Positions 1-7,045 of a DNA stretch of 46,152 nucleotides are shown in pieces. The stretch is from a virus, in the IMG/VR virus record IMGVR_UViG_3300039008_000027, positions 1 to 46,152 of that record. The stretch is one strand, 5' to 3'. Both the position numbers and the translations under genes were made by a program. Numbering within the stretch: the stretch's first letter is position 1; each line of letters opens with the position of its first letter. The notes below the pieces were generated by a model. It ran no database searches, had not been told where the DNA came from, and saw only the letters and a list, made by a program, of their open reading frames with translations.

Positions 1-141
1 CAAGCCTCGTTTCCGGACGCGCAGACCCCCTTACATCTGAAGAAAGCTCCCTTCGAAGAGGAGTTGCCTTCTGCGGCAAACCCGATATTCTCTTCTCCGT
101 AGGGGGTCAAGCGGGTTGACCTCTCGAGGACGCCCGGCTTC
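1..141. repeat. Terminal overlap, copy A (identical to 46012..46152)
   Basis: Base-by-base comparison: caagcctcgtttccggacgcg...gacgcccggcttc occurs at both window ends. The repeat is cut off by the window edges. Confidence 0.95.
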
Positions 142-161
142 GCCGGGATATAGGAGTAGTT

Positions 162-422
162 ATGTTAGGAGCTTTGGTTGCTTTCGGGAGTCTTTTAAAG
201 AGCGGGCTCGGGGTTTTCACGGCAGTCAGTAAGGAAAAACGGACTCGCCGGATGGAGGCCTTGAAGGCTGCATTTGGAGCCGCCCGAAATAATAAGCGGG
301 GAGTTTTCGGATGGGCGCTCGTGTTCCTGTCGTTTGCGGCAGTGCTGTATGACGTGGTAATGTCGGGCGGAGAAAACTTCGAAGTGTTGATTCAGCTGGT
401 GGCTTTGGCGCTAGGAGCGTAA
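162..422 (+). CDS. Small membrane protein, putative holin
   Basis: 86 aa with AGGAG 5 nt upstream of the ATG. Hydrophobic helices GALVAFGSLLKSGLGVFTAV and VFGWALVFLSFAAVLYDVV are separated by a basic loop. Lies two genes upstream of an M15 peptidase. Confidence 0.6.
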   Translation: MLGALVAFGSLLKSGLGVFTAVSKEKRTRRMEALKAAFGAARNNKRGVFGWALVFLSFAAVLYDVVMSGGENFEVLIQLVALALGA

Positions 423-501
423 AGCTGGTTTGAAATGTTAATTTGCAGTCTGGGGCTGCCGGCCTTCGGCCGGGAACTCCGGATTTCGCGGGGAATTTGG
501 A

Positions 502-714
502 ATGAAAATTTTAACTGTGTTATTGGTGTTAGTTTTGTCAGGGTGTTCTGTGATGACTCCTTGGGTCGACGAAGGTGGTGAGGAACTGGCCTATCGGGTA
601 GACCAGTATTGTGACGAAGTGGACGGCTCGGTTCGGGAGATGTTCCGGGAGAGCATTAACAAGAACCTGAAGGATGGCCGGAAAGTTGTCGTAGAATGCG
701 GAGACGAACTATGA
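502..714 (+). CDS. Lipoprotein (lipobox LSGC), lysis-cassette accessory or spanin-like
   Basis: 70 aa. N-terminus MKILTVLLVLVLSGC is a signal peptide plus lipobox. Stop overlaps the start of the peptidase gene (ATGA). Confidence 0.6.
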   Translation: MKILTVLLVLVLSGCSVMTPWVDEGGEELAYRVDQYCDEVDGSVREMFRESINKNLKDGRKVVVECGDEL

Positions 715-1040
715 TTATAAAGCTGAAGAAAGGAGTTAGTGTGAAAGGGATTAAGCCGGAAATGGCAATCGCAGTCCCGATAATCGCGGGGGTGTGGGAA
801 CAGTTCGGCGTGGGAGAGCTGGTGATTACTAGTGCCTGCGACGGGAAGCATTCCGAGGGGAGCTTGCATTATCGCGGGTATGCCTTCGACTTGCGGATTT
901 GGAGCTTTAAGAAGGACGAACTGGAGAGTGTTAAGGAGGCTTTGTGTATGGCGCTTAACGGCGTCCCTGACAATTCTTCGGGGGATTGGGATGTATGTCT
1001 GGAGAAGACTCACATACATCTGGAGTTCGACCCTTCGTAG
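711..1040 (+). CDS. Peptidase M15-type cell-wall hydrolase (endolysin)
   Basis: H-x6-D (SLHYRGYAFD) plus C-terminal HIHLE matches the zinc-ligand pattern of VanY/T5-type L-alanoyl-D-glutamate peptidases. Track ORF is 696..1040; ATG 711 is coupled to the upstream stop. Confidence 0.7.
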   Translation: MIIKLKKGVSVKGIKPEMAIAVPIIAGVWEQFGVGELVITSACDGKHSEGSLHYRGYAFDLRIWSFKKDELESVKEALCMALNGVPDNSSGDWDVCLEKTHIHLEFDPS

Positions 1041-1110
1041 GGCGCGGCCTAAAGGTACCAGAACGCAAAGCTACCTGAAATGCGGCTAAGTCGGGAAACC
1101 CCTTCAGGGG

Positions 1111-1139
1111 TTGACAAGCAGGGGCGGGCGGCCTAAAGA
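1111..1139 (+). promoter_or_regulatory. Sigma70-like promoter candidate (TTGACA-N17-TAAAGA)
   Basis: Perfect -35 at 1111-1116, a 17-nt spacer and a weak -10 at 1134-1139, inside a non-coding GC-rich island. Confidence 0.3.
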
Positions 1140-1307
1140 ATTTCCCGGGCGGACGGCTTGCCGGACGACAGGGTTTAAATTCGGCCGCTGCCCCCGATTG
1201 TCACCGACTGGTGCAGCCCCTAGGCTGCAAGCTAATGAAAGGTTTTGATGATGTGTGAAATGGGGTTAATTTGGGGCTGTGTGGGTATATGTGCGGCTTT
1301 ATGGTGG

Positions 1308-1336
1308 GGGTGATGCAATTGCATTGCCCTTTTTTT
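1308..1336 (+). terminator. Intrinsic terminator
   Basis: gggtgatgcaattgcattgccc hairpin (contains the 12-bp palindrome atgcaattgcat) followed by a T7 run. Confidence 0.55.
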
Positions 1337-1387
1337 ATGCCCGTTAGAAGGCCGTAGAAGGGGCTGGAGAGCTGTTAAGAACTTGTT

Positions 1388-1651
1388 ATGATGGTTGTTA
1401 ATAGGTTGTTATGCGGGTGTTATATGTTAGATATTTGGTATTTCCTGACAGCCACTGGCCTTACGATAGTCTATGGGATAGTTATTATTGTGCTTATCCT
1501 GTGGGAGATGGTGAGTAATAAGACTGCTATTAAGCTGGTTAATGTGTTGGTTACTTTGGGAACTGCGCTGGTTGTCTGGGTTATGGTAGTTATGATTTTG
1601 GATTGGTGGGGGTATTGTTATGGAACTTTCCGTTGCTGGGTCTGGCGTTAG
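1388..1651 (+). CDS. Hypothetical multi-pass membrane protein
   Basis: 87 aa, very hydrophobic (2-3 helices), no clear RBS. Overlaps the next ORF by 32 nt. Start uncertain (1388/1391/1424). Confidence 0.35.
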   Translation: MMVVNRLLCGCYMLDIWYFLTATGLTIVYGIVIIVLILWEMVSNKTAIKLVNVLVTLGTALVVWVMVVMILDWWGYCYGTFRCWVWR

Positions 1652-1904
1652 TGAGGCCGCTAGAGTTAACGAGAACCAGAGTGGTTTTAAAGTTACTCTG
1701 ATTGGGTTGGCGCAAAATAGTTTTGACGGCACTTGGACTGTGCAGTATAGCCCTAACGGGGAAGACTGGCTGAATCATGAGGATATGACTCAGATTAGTG
1801 GTAATAAGACAGGGGATTTGTTCTTTGCAATCCGCTGGATTCGACTGAAAACTGAAGGTGCTTCGACAGGGGATGTAATGTTGCACGTGATTCAGGGGGC
1901 TTAG
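1620..1904 (+). CDS. Hypothetical protein upstream of the tail-fibre genes
   Basis: 94 aa with a G-rich RBS. Ends 1 nt before the next gene start. No recognisable motif. Confidence 0.55.
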   Translation: MELSVAGSGVSEAARVNENQSGFKVTLIGLAQNSFDGTWTVQYSPNGEDWLNHEDMTQISGNKTGDLFFAIRWIRLKTEGASTGDVMLHVIQGA

Positions 1905-1905
1905 T

Positions 1906-3276
1906 ATGAGTGTTGGTATTGGTACAGGTATTGGATTTCCCGATAAACCCGCGAATGGACAGCCAGGGACGGCAGCTCCACATATCACGGGAGTGGTGTT
2001 TGATAAGGCGGTGACGGGCGGCAATCAGTATAAGATGCAGTACAGTGATGGTACTGAATATACGTTTGTGGTGCCTGAACAGGATGTGGATTTTAGCCAT
2101 CTGGCCGAAGGAAGTATTCCTGCGTTTCGAAAAGTGCAAGGAATGCTGGTGGATAGCGGGGTTAAGGTTAATGGGCAGTCCATTGACTTTGGCGCAGATA
2201 CCCTGAGTTTTGGCTCGCACACGATGAAAGCCTTAGGGGAGAATGTTGGTTTCACCAATAAGGTAACTGGAGTTACGTACGTACCGCTTTGGCAGGAGTA
2301 TGGGTCTAATAAAAGTACTGGGTATATTCGAGCTATCGGGTCGAAGGAAAGTGTGACTCGACAGGCTGATACGAGTGAAGTTATTATTAATCCTGACTTT
2401 AAGACTCAGATTAATAATGATGAGATGGTGCATCAGATAAGAGTGTCTTTTAATGAGGCTACTCCTGGGGGCATAGAGGCTCTTATTTATGCTAATAATA
2501 GTCCGCTGGTGCATGTCGAAGCTAAGCAAGATATGCCGAGAGGACGGCAGACTATTTCCTTTTCGCCTGGGTTTGACTTGAAAAAAGATATTGAATATCG
2601 AGTTGTTATTCGGCGGTTGGACGGGCAAGATTTGAAGCTGAAAGGTAAGAGTGGATTTCCGTTCTTGCAAGTGGTTCGGAGTACTTGGGTTGATTTGGTG
2701 GTTGCTGACCAGAAGTGGGTAGAGCAACACTTTGTGAGTATTCAGGATTTTAATAAAGTGCAGACTGCTTTGACGGATGCGCAGGCTTTGTTGAAGCAGT
2801 TGCAGACAGCTCAGGGTGGTATGCAGGGCGACCAAGCTACGCAGAAGAATGAGCTGGGCGCTTTAGAGAAGAGGGTTGATGGTAAGTTGTGGACTATTCC
2901 TGACATTGTTGCGCAGTTGAAGAAACTGGGTTACAGACCAGCCGCGAATACAGGAGGCCCGAATACTCCTACGAGCCAGACTAGTGCGTATGCTCTTTTC
3001 CAAGCGGATGCTACTTCGCCTCCGACACTGCCGCCAGGATTGCCTGTGTACAGGGGCGGTAGAGTGCAGCTGCATAAAGACACTGATACCCCTGAATATG
3101 CGTTTATCTTCCTGCCTCCTGGGGAAGGGGGTAAGGTGGAGAAGGTTTCGGAAAGTGGCGGGCTTGCTAGTATCTGGGCTAAGGAGAGTAAGGTTTATGA
3201 TGGTAAGACCTATACGGTACTGAGGTCGCCTTACCCGTTTGTTGAGCATGATTTAACTTTATTCCTGCATGAGTAA
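1906..3276 (+). CDS. Tail-fibre-like structural protein
   Basis: 456 aa. Beta-rich N-terminal part, central coiled-coil stretch (QTALTDAQALLKQLQTAQ...ELGALEKRV), adjacent to the second fibre gene. Confidence 0.6.
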   Translation: MSVGIGTGIGFPDKPANGQPGTAAPHITGVVFDKAVTGGNQYKMQYSDGTEYTFVVPEQDVDFSHLAEGSIPAFRKVQGMLVDSGVKVNGQSIDFGADTLSFGSHTMKALGENVGFTNKVTGVTYVPLWQEYGSNKSTGYIRAIGSKESVTRQADTSEVIINPDFKTQINNDEMVHQIRVSFNEATPGGIEALIYANNSPLVHVEAKQDMPRGRQTISFSPGFDLKKDIEYRVVIRRLDGQDLKLKGKSGFPFLQVVRSTWVDLVVADQKWVEQHFVSIQDFNKVQTALTDAQALLKQLQTAQGGMQGDQATQKNELGALEKRVDGKLWTIPDIVAQLKKLGYRPAANTGGPNTPTSQTSAYALFQADATSPPTLPPGLPVYRGGRVQLHKDTDTPEYAFIFLPPGEGGKVEKVSESGGLASIWAKESKVYDGKTYTVLRSPYPFVEHDLTLFLHE

Positions 3277-3285
3277 GGATTTGAT

Positions 3286-5613
3286 ATGACTAAGATTGTA
3301 AATGGTACTCCGGTACTGGCACCGCTTACGCCAGGGATGGATACTCAGAATGTGTGGCCTACTCATAGTGCGGAGTATGGAAGAGGTGGTTTGAAGCTAG
3401 CTGCTAATGTTGCGGACAGAGATGCGATTCCGAGAGCTCGGCGTTATCAGAGTTTGGTGCTGGTTATAAAAGGAGATGATAAGTATCCTCATGCGTATTA
3501 CTGGAATGGTAAGAAAGAAGACGGCAGTGATGGTGCTTGGGTCGAAACTTATATCCCTGGTGGGTTTGTGCTGGCGGATACTGATGGTGGTTTGCCTACG
3601 CTGGTGCATACGTTGGTGTTTAGCGCTGACTTTGAAGTACAGTCTGCTGGTGACCAAGGGGGCGGTGCGTTAGTACAACTGGCTAAGAAGCAGGGAGGTT
3701 CGGGGAACGGACTGATTAGCGTTGGGACTTACGGGCAAGGACAGACGTTTAGTAAAGGGGATACTCTGGAATTGGAGTGGCCTTTGAAAGCGTGGCCAGA
3801 TGCTGACAAGGCTAAAGCTTTTCGAGTGAGCATGGATCATACGGCTTTTGAGCCTATGCACAAGCCTAGTTTCTTGGCATATCTGGGACGAGAAGAGGAA
3901 GTATCTGGTAAAGTAGCGCGGGGCGGGAAAGGTCATCGTGAGGGAACTCTTTGGTTTGATAGAATTGTCTGGCCAATGGGCGTATTCATGACCTCTAATA
4001 TGGCTGAAAAGAGCTATATGATTGAGGAAGCTGATACCCTTGACCCGAACGTGAGCGGAGGTACGGATTATCTGGTTGCGTTTCGGGCGAATATGAAAGG
4101 AACTGCTCCGAATGATGGATTTGTAAGAGCCTACTTGTATGATAAACAGGTAACTCCTTATTCTGAGAAAGGTTATTTGCTGGATAAAAACGGCGAACCT
4201 ATGGTATATGAACGGCACTATAAGCAGGGAGATAAGCTTGGTGTGCTTGAAGTTCTGGGTGTTGTGAATGCTAAAGGGCAGCGAGCATTTACGTGTCATG
4301 TGGTAGATAACTTTGTTGATGATATGGTGAATATCACTGACCCTTATGAAGGGGAGTCGGGACTGTTGATTCAGGCATTGACGAAAGATTCTATGACGGG
4401 CATGGGTTTGCTGCAATATGAGCAAGATACTCAACAGAGTTTGCACATTGGTAAGATGTATCTGGGCGTAAGCCGAATGGATATCTCTTGGTTAGTAGGG
4501 CAGGATACTCCTATGGAGTCTGGGGATGCTGCGCGGGGTATGACCCTGGCGGATGGGCTACATTTTTATAACCGGACAAAAATGAAAATGGGAGTGCAAA
4601 GTGGGCATCTTATTTTTCAGGATGATGGACGGGATATTACTGACTTTAGCTTTGGTAAGATTTTCTCAGCCGAAGAAACTCGAATGCTGCGAAGCAAGAA
4701 GATTAAAGTTTCACTGACGATTACGGATAAGGATAGTGGCTGGAACGTTGCGTTAATGAAATGGATTGGTAAACCTGATGAGTATAGTAAGGAGATTTTC
4801 AAGAGTCGTAATAATGGGAGTCCTGTCTTTGATACAAACTGGGTGAAAGTGCAGACTGGTTTTATTAGCGAAGATGTAGTTTCAGGCGACCACATGGAGG
4901 CGTTTGAGTGGGATGTTCCCGGAGATGCTAATAATTACGCAGTGATTATTTATCCGGTAGAAGCTCAGAATCCCCTGCTTTTGAAATTGGCTAAGTTTAC
5001 AGTAGACGTGAAGGAGCCTTTTGTAGGGTATGCCTTGAAAGCGCCCGTACTTTTGAACGAGAATCATCTGGTGTTTAGTGCGCAGTATAAAGAGTTTGTG
5101 CAGAACACGCAAGGTTATGCTGACTTGAGATATACGATTAATCAGAGCTGGCTTCCTATGCCTGTTGGTGAAGTTGGGAAAGGGGCTGCTGATATTTCAC
5201 TAGACCCTAGTGTGAATAAGATTCCTGGTAGTTCTGCGAAAGGAGGCGAGGGTGCTATATCTTTTCAGACGGACGGGAATGTGAGCGGGTCAGTAGATTT
5301 GCTGCTTTGGAATGAGCAGTCTAGTGATTCGACGGTTACGTTCAGACTGGTAAGAGTTGACCCAGATACAGGAGTGGTGAACGGAGATACCGGAGATATG
5401 ATTGGTGAGGGTGGGGTTAGTGTTCCTGCCGGAGCTAAGGGAGTTAACCATCGGTTTAATTTCCCAGAGACACCTGTTGAAGCAGGAGAGCGGTGGGCGT
5501 TAGTTGCAAAATCTGATAAAGCAGATGGTGCTTTTTTGCAGTGTGTTAGTGACGCGAAGCCTTTGGTTAAGATTGACCTAACCTTTAAAGAGCTGGTTAC
5601 AGCTACTCCGTAG
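3286..5613 (+). CDS. Tail fibre / receptor-binding protein
   Basis: 775 aa. N-terminal HSAEYGRGGLKLAANVADRDAIPRARRYQSLVLV resembles the conserved N-terminal module seen in many phage tail-fibre proteins. Long beta-rich C-terminus. Confidence 0.65.
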   Translation: MTKIVNGTPVLAPLTPGMDTQNVWPTHSAEYGRGGLKLAANVADRDAIPRARRYQSLVLVIKGDDKYPHAYYWNGKKEDGSDGAWVETYIPGGFVLADTDGGLPTLVHTLVFSADFEVQSAGDQGGGALVQLAKKQGGSGNGLISVGTYGQGQTFSKGDTLELEWPLKAWPDADKAKAFRVSMDHTAFEPMHKPSFLAYLGREEEVSGKVARGGKGHREGTLWFDRIVWPMGVFMTSNMAEKSYMIEEADTLDPNVSGGTDYLVAFRANMKGTAPNDGFVRAYLYDKQVTPYSEKGYLLDKNGEPMVYERHYKQGDKLGVLEVLGVVNAKGQRAFTCHVVDNFVDDMVNITDPYEGESGLLIQALTKDSMTGMGLLQYEQDTQQSLHIGKMYLGVSRMDISWLVGQDTPMESGDAARGMTLADGLHFYNRTKMKMGVQSGHLIFQDDGRDITDFSFGKIFSAEETRMLRSKKIKVSLTITDKDSGWNVALMKWIGKPDEYSKEIFKSRNNGSPVFDTNWVKVQTGFISEDVVSGDHMEAFEWDVPGDANNYAVIIYPVEAQNPLLLKLAKFTVDVKEPFVGYALKAPVLLNENHLVFSAQYKEFVQNTQGYADLRYTINQSWLPMPVGEVGKGAADISLDPSVNKIPGSSAKGGEGAISFQTDGNVSGSVDLLLWNEQSSDSTVTFRLVRVDPDTGVVNGDTGDMIGEGGVSVPAGAKGVNHRFNFPETPVEAGERWALVAKSDKADGAFLQCVSDAKPLVKIDLTFKELVTATP

Positions 5614-5626
5614 GTATGAGGGTTAA

Positions 5627-5654
5627 GGCGACAGCCCTAAATGTCGCCCTTTAT
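5627..5654 (+). terminator. Hairpin / weak intrinsic terminator after the fibre gene
   Basis: ggcgaca-gccctaaa-tgtcgcc (7-bp stem) followed by ctttat. Confidence 0.4.
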
Positions 5655-5679
5655 GAACAAGCTTTAAAGGAGCGTGAAC

Positions 5680-5853
5680 GTGAGAAAGCTTTGGCCGATG
5701 TTGCTAGTAGTGTTTTTGATTAGCGGGTGTACTGTTAAAGTGTGCGGCGATGCCGAGACTCAGTTGCAGACGGGTGATGGGCATATGCTGGAGACTCTTG
5801 TGAATGACCAGAAAGCGGAGGCGGAAGTAGATGCCAAAGCAGCTGGAGGATAA
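5680..5853 (+). CDS. Small lipoprotein (57 aa, GTG start), not in the ORF track
   Basis: AAAGGAG lies 6 nt upstream of GTG 5680. Product VRKLWPMLLVVFLISGC... has a signal peptide plus lipobox ISGC. The mature part is about 41 aa with a second Cys. Confidence 0.5.
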   Translation: MRKLWPMLLVVFLISGCTVKVCGDAETQLQTGDGHMLETLVNDQKAEAEVDAKAAGG

Positions 5854-5953
5854 GTTGAAACGAGAGGCTCGTAGAAAAGGGCTGACGGGAGATAGACGGG
5901 CAGCTTATATTTACGGGACGCTGGCACGATTAAAAAAGAATGCTGGAAAATAA
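5831..5953 (+). CDS. Small basic protein (40 aa), not in the ORF track
   Basis: GGAGG lies 9 nt upstream of ATG 5831. Product is MPKQLEDKLKREARRKGLTGDRRAAYIYGTLARLKKNAGK. Overlaps the lipoprotein ORF end by 23 nt. Confidence 0.45.
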   Translation: MPKQLEDKLKREARRKGLTGDRRAAYIYGTLARLKKNAGK

Positions 5954-6000
5954 GAGATTGTAAACCTTCAAGGGTGAGTATACAATTGTTTACATACTTG

Positions 6001-6035
6001 ATTATATAATTGAGTAATGGGAATAATTATATAAT
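6001..6035 (+). promoter_or_regulatory. Two copies of palindromic ATTATATAAT, candidate late-operon promoter(s)
   Basis: Perfect 10-mers at 6001-6010 and 6026-6035, each containing TATAAT. They sit 23-57 nt upstream of the small terminase start. No good -35 at 16-18 nt spacing. Confidence 0.45.
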
Positions 6036-6057
6036 GTTCATTCTTGGAGGTTTTTTT

Positions 6058-6573
6058 ATGAGCAAGCTGGAAGAGATTTATAAGGGAGAGGATAACGATA
6101 CTACCATGCCTGTGGTTAAGAACATGACTAAGAGTGCTTGGATAGTAATGGAAGCTATGATGCTGAACCCGAAGATTACGCAAAGGGAACTGGCTAAGTT
6201 AGCTGGGGTTAGCAGACCTTATGTGTGTCGGATTCAGAATAGCCCTGTCTTTAAACAGACGCTGAGAGAAGCTCGGATTGCAGCCGTACAAGATAGACTG
6301 GTTAATATGACTGATAAAGGCATTACCAGAGCGGAGCAGATTATTGAAGATAGTGAGAGTTCTGATAAGGATGCGTTAGCTGCGCTGAAGCTGGGCTTGA
6401 CAGCTATGGGCATGGGAGCTAATCAGGGAACTCCGGCGGGTGCAGGAGATACTAATCTGACGGTGAATCTGGGTGTTACGGCAGATATGGTAAACGAAGC
6501 GCGTGAGCGTAGTCAGAAGAAAAAGCTGATTGAAGGCACTTGCACGGAGGTCAGCGATGAGCAATCGGAGTAG
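6058..6573 (+). CDS. Small terminase subunit (HTH-containing)
   Basis: GGAGG lies 8 nt upstream of ATG 6058 (track ORF starts at 6010). Helix-turn-helix ITQRELAKLAGVSRPYVCRIQ. Position is upstream of the large terminase. Confidence 0.6.
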   Translation: MSKLEEIYKGEDNDTTMPVVKNMTKSAWIVMEAMMLNPKITQRELAKLAGVSRPYVCRIQNSPVFKQTLREARIAAVQDRLVNMTDKGITRAEQIIEDSESSDKDALAALKLGLTAMGMGANQGTPAGAGDTNLTVNLGVTADMVNEARERSQKKKLIEGTCTEVSDEQSE

Positions 6574-7045
6574 ATTTAGAAGTGCATCGGGTTGTGCAGA
6601 AGTTTGGTTTGCAGAGCCGCCCGCGTTTACGAAAGGAAAGAAGCCAAGAGGAAGTAAGAGAGCGGGCTATACTTTCGAACGAAAAGTAGGGGAACTGTTG
6701 TATAAGAAGTTCGGAGATAAAGTTTGGAGTAATGTCTGGATTGGCTATGAAGATGTGGTGTTTGGGGAGAGAGTTTGTAGTCCCGACCATTTGATTGTCG
6801 ATGTAGAGAAGGGCTGGATTACGATTGTTGAATGTAAACTGAGTCATACGAAAGACGCGTGGAGACAAATTAATGATGTATATTGGCATGTTGTGCGTAG
6901 CCTATTTCCTGGTTTTAAAGTTCGTGGCATAGAGGTCTGTAAGAACTTTGAGATGAGTGCGGAGTATCCGGTAAGGCCAAGGATTGTTTGTGGCTGGGAT
7001 GAATACTTTGAAGGCGGAGATAACGTGATGGTGTGCGGATTATGA
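6557..7045 (+). CDS. PD-(D/E)XK-type nuclease
   Basis: GGAGG lies 6 nt upstream of ATG 6557. Motif series E (TFERK) ... PD (CSPDHLIVD) ... ExK (IVECK). Stop overlaps the terminase ATG (ATGA). Confidence 0.6.
   Translation: MSNRSRFRSASGCAEVWFAEPPAFTKGKKPRGSKRAGYTFERKVGELLYKKFGDKVWSNVWIGYEDVVFGERVCSPDHLIVDVEKGWITIVECKLSHTKDAWRQINDVYWHVVRSLFPGFKVRGIEVCKNFEMSAEYPVRPRIVCGWDEYFEGGDNVMVCGL

Noticed and set aside
591-1019. 142-aa minus-strand ORF overlapping the lipoprotein and endolysin genes. Similar long antisense ORFs lie at 1590..2024, 1795..2220, 2233..2835, 2863..3249 and 3670..4446.
   Set aside because: They lie antisense to well-supported coding frames, have no RBS, and have Ser/Leu/Pro/His-rich low-information composition typical of shadow ORFs.
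1249-1314. 21-aa ORF (MMCEMGLIWGCVGICAALWWG) in the GC-rich island
   Set aside because: It is very short with no RBS, and its end overlaps the first bases of the terminator hairpin. I treat the region as non-coding.
5616-5723. 35-aa plus-strand ORF starting 3 nt after the fibre gene stop, considered as an i-spanin partner of the lipoprotein ORF it overlaps
   Set aside because: It has no transmembrane segment and no RBS, and its 5' part is the stem-loop of the post-fibre hairpin.
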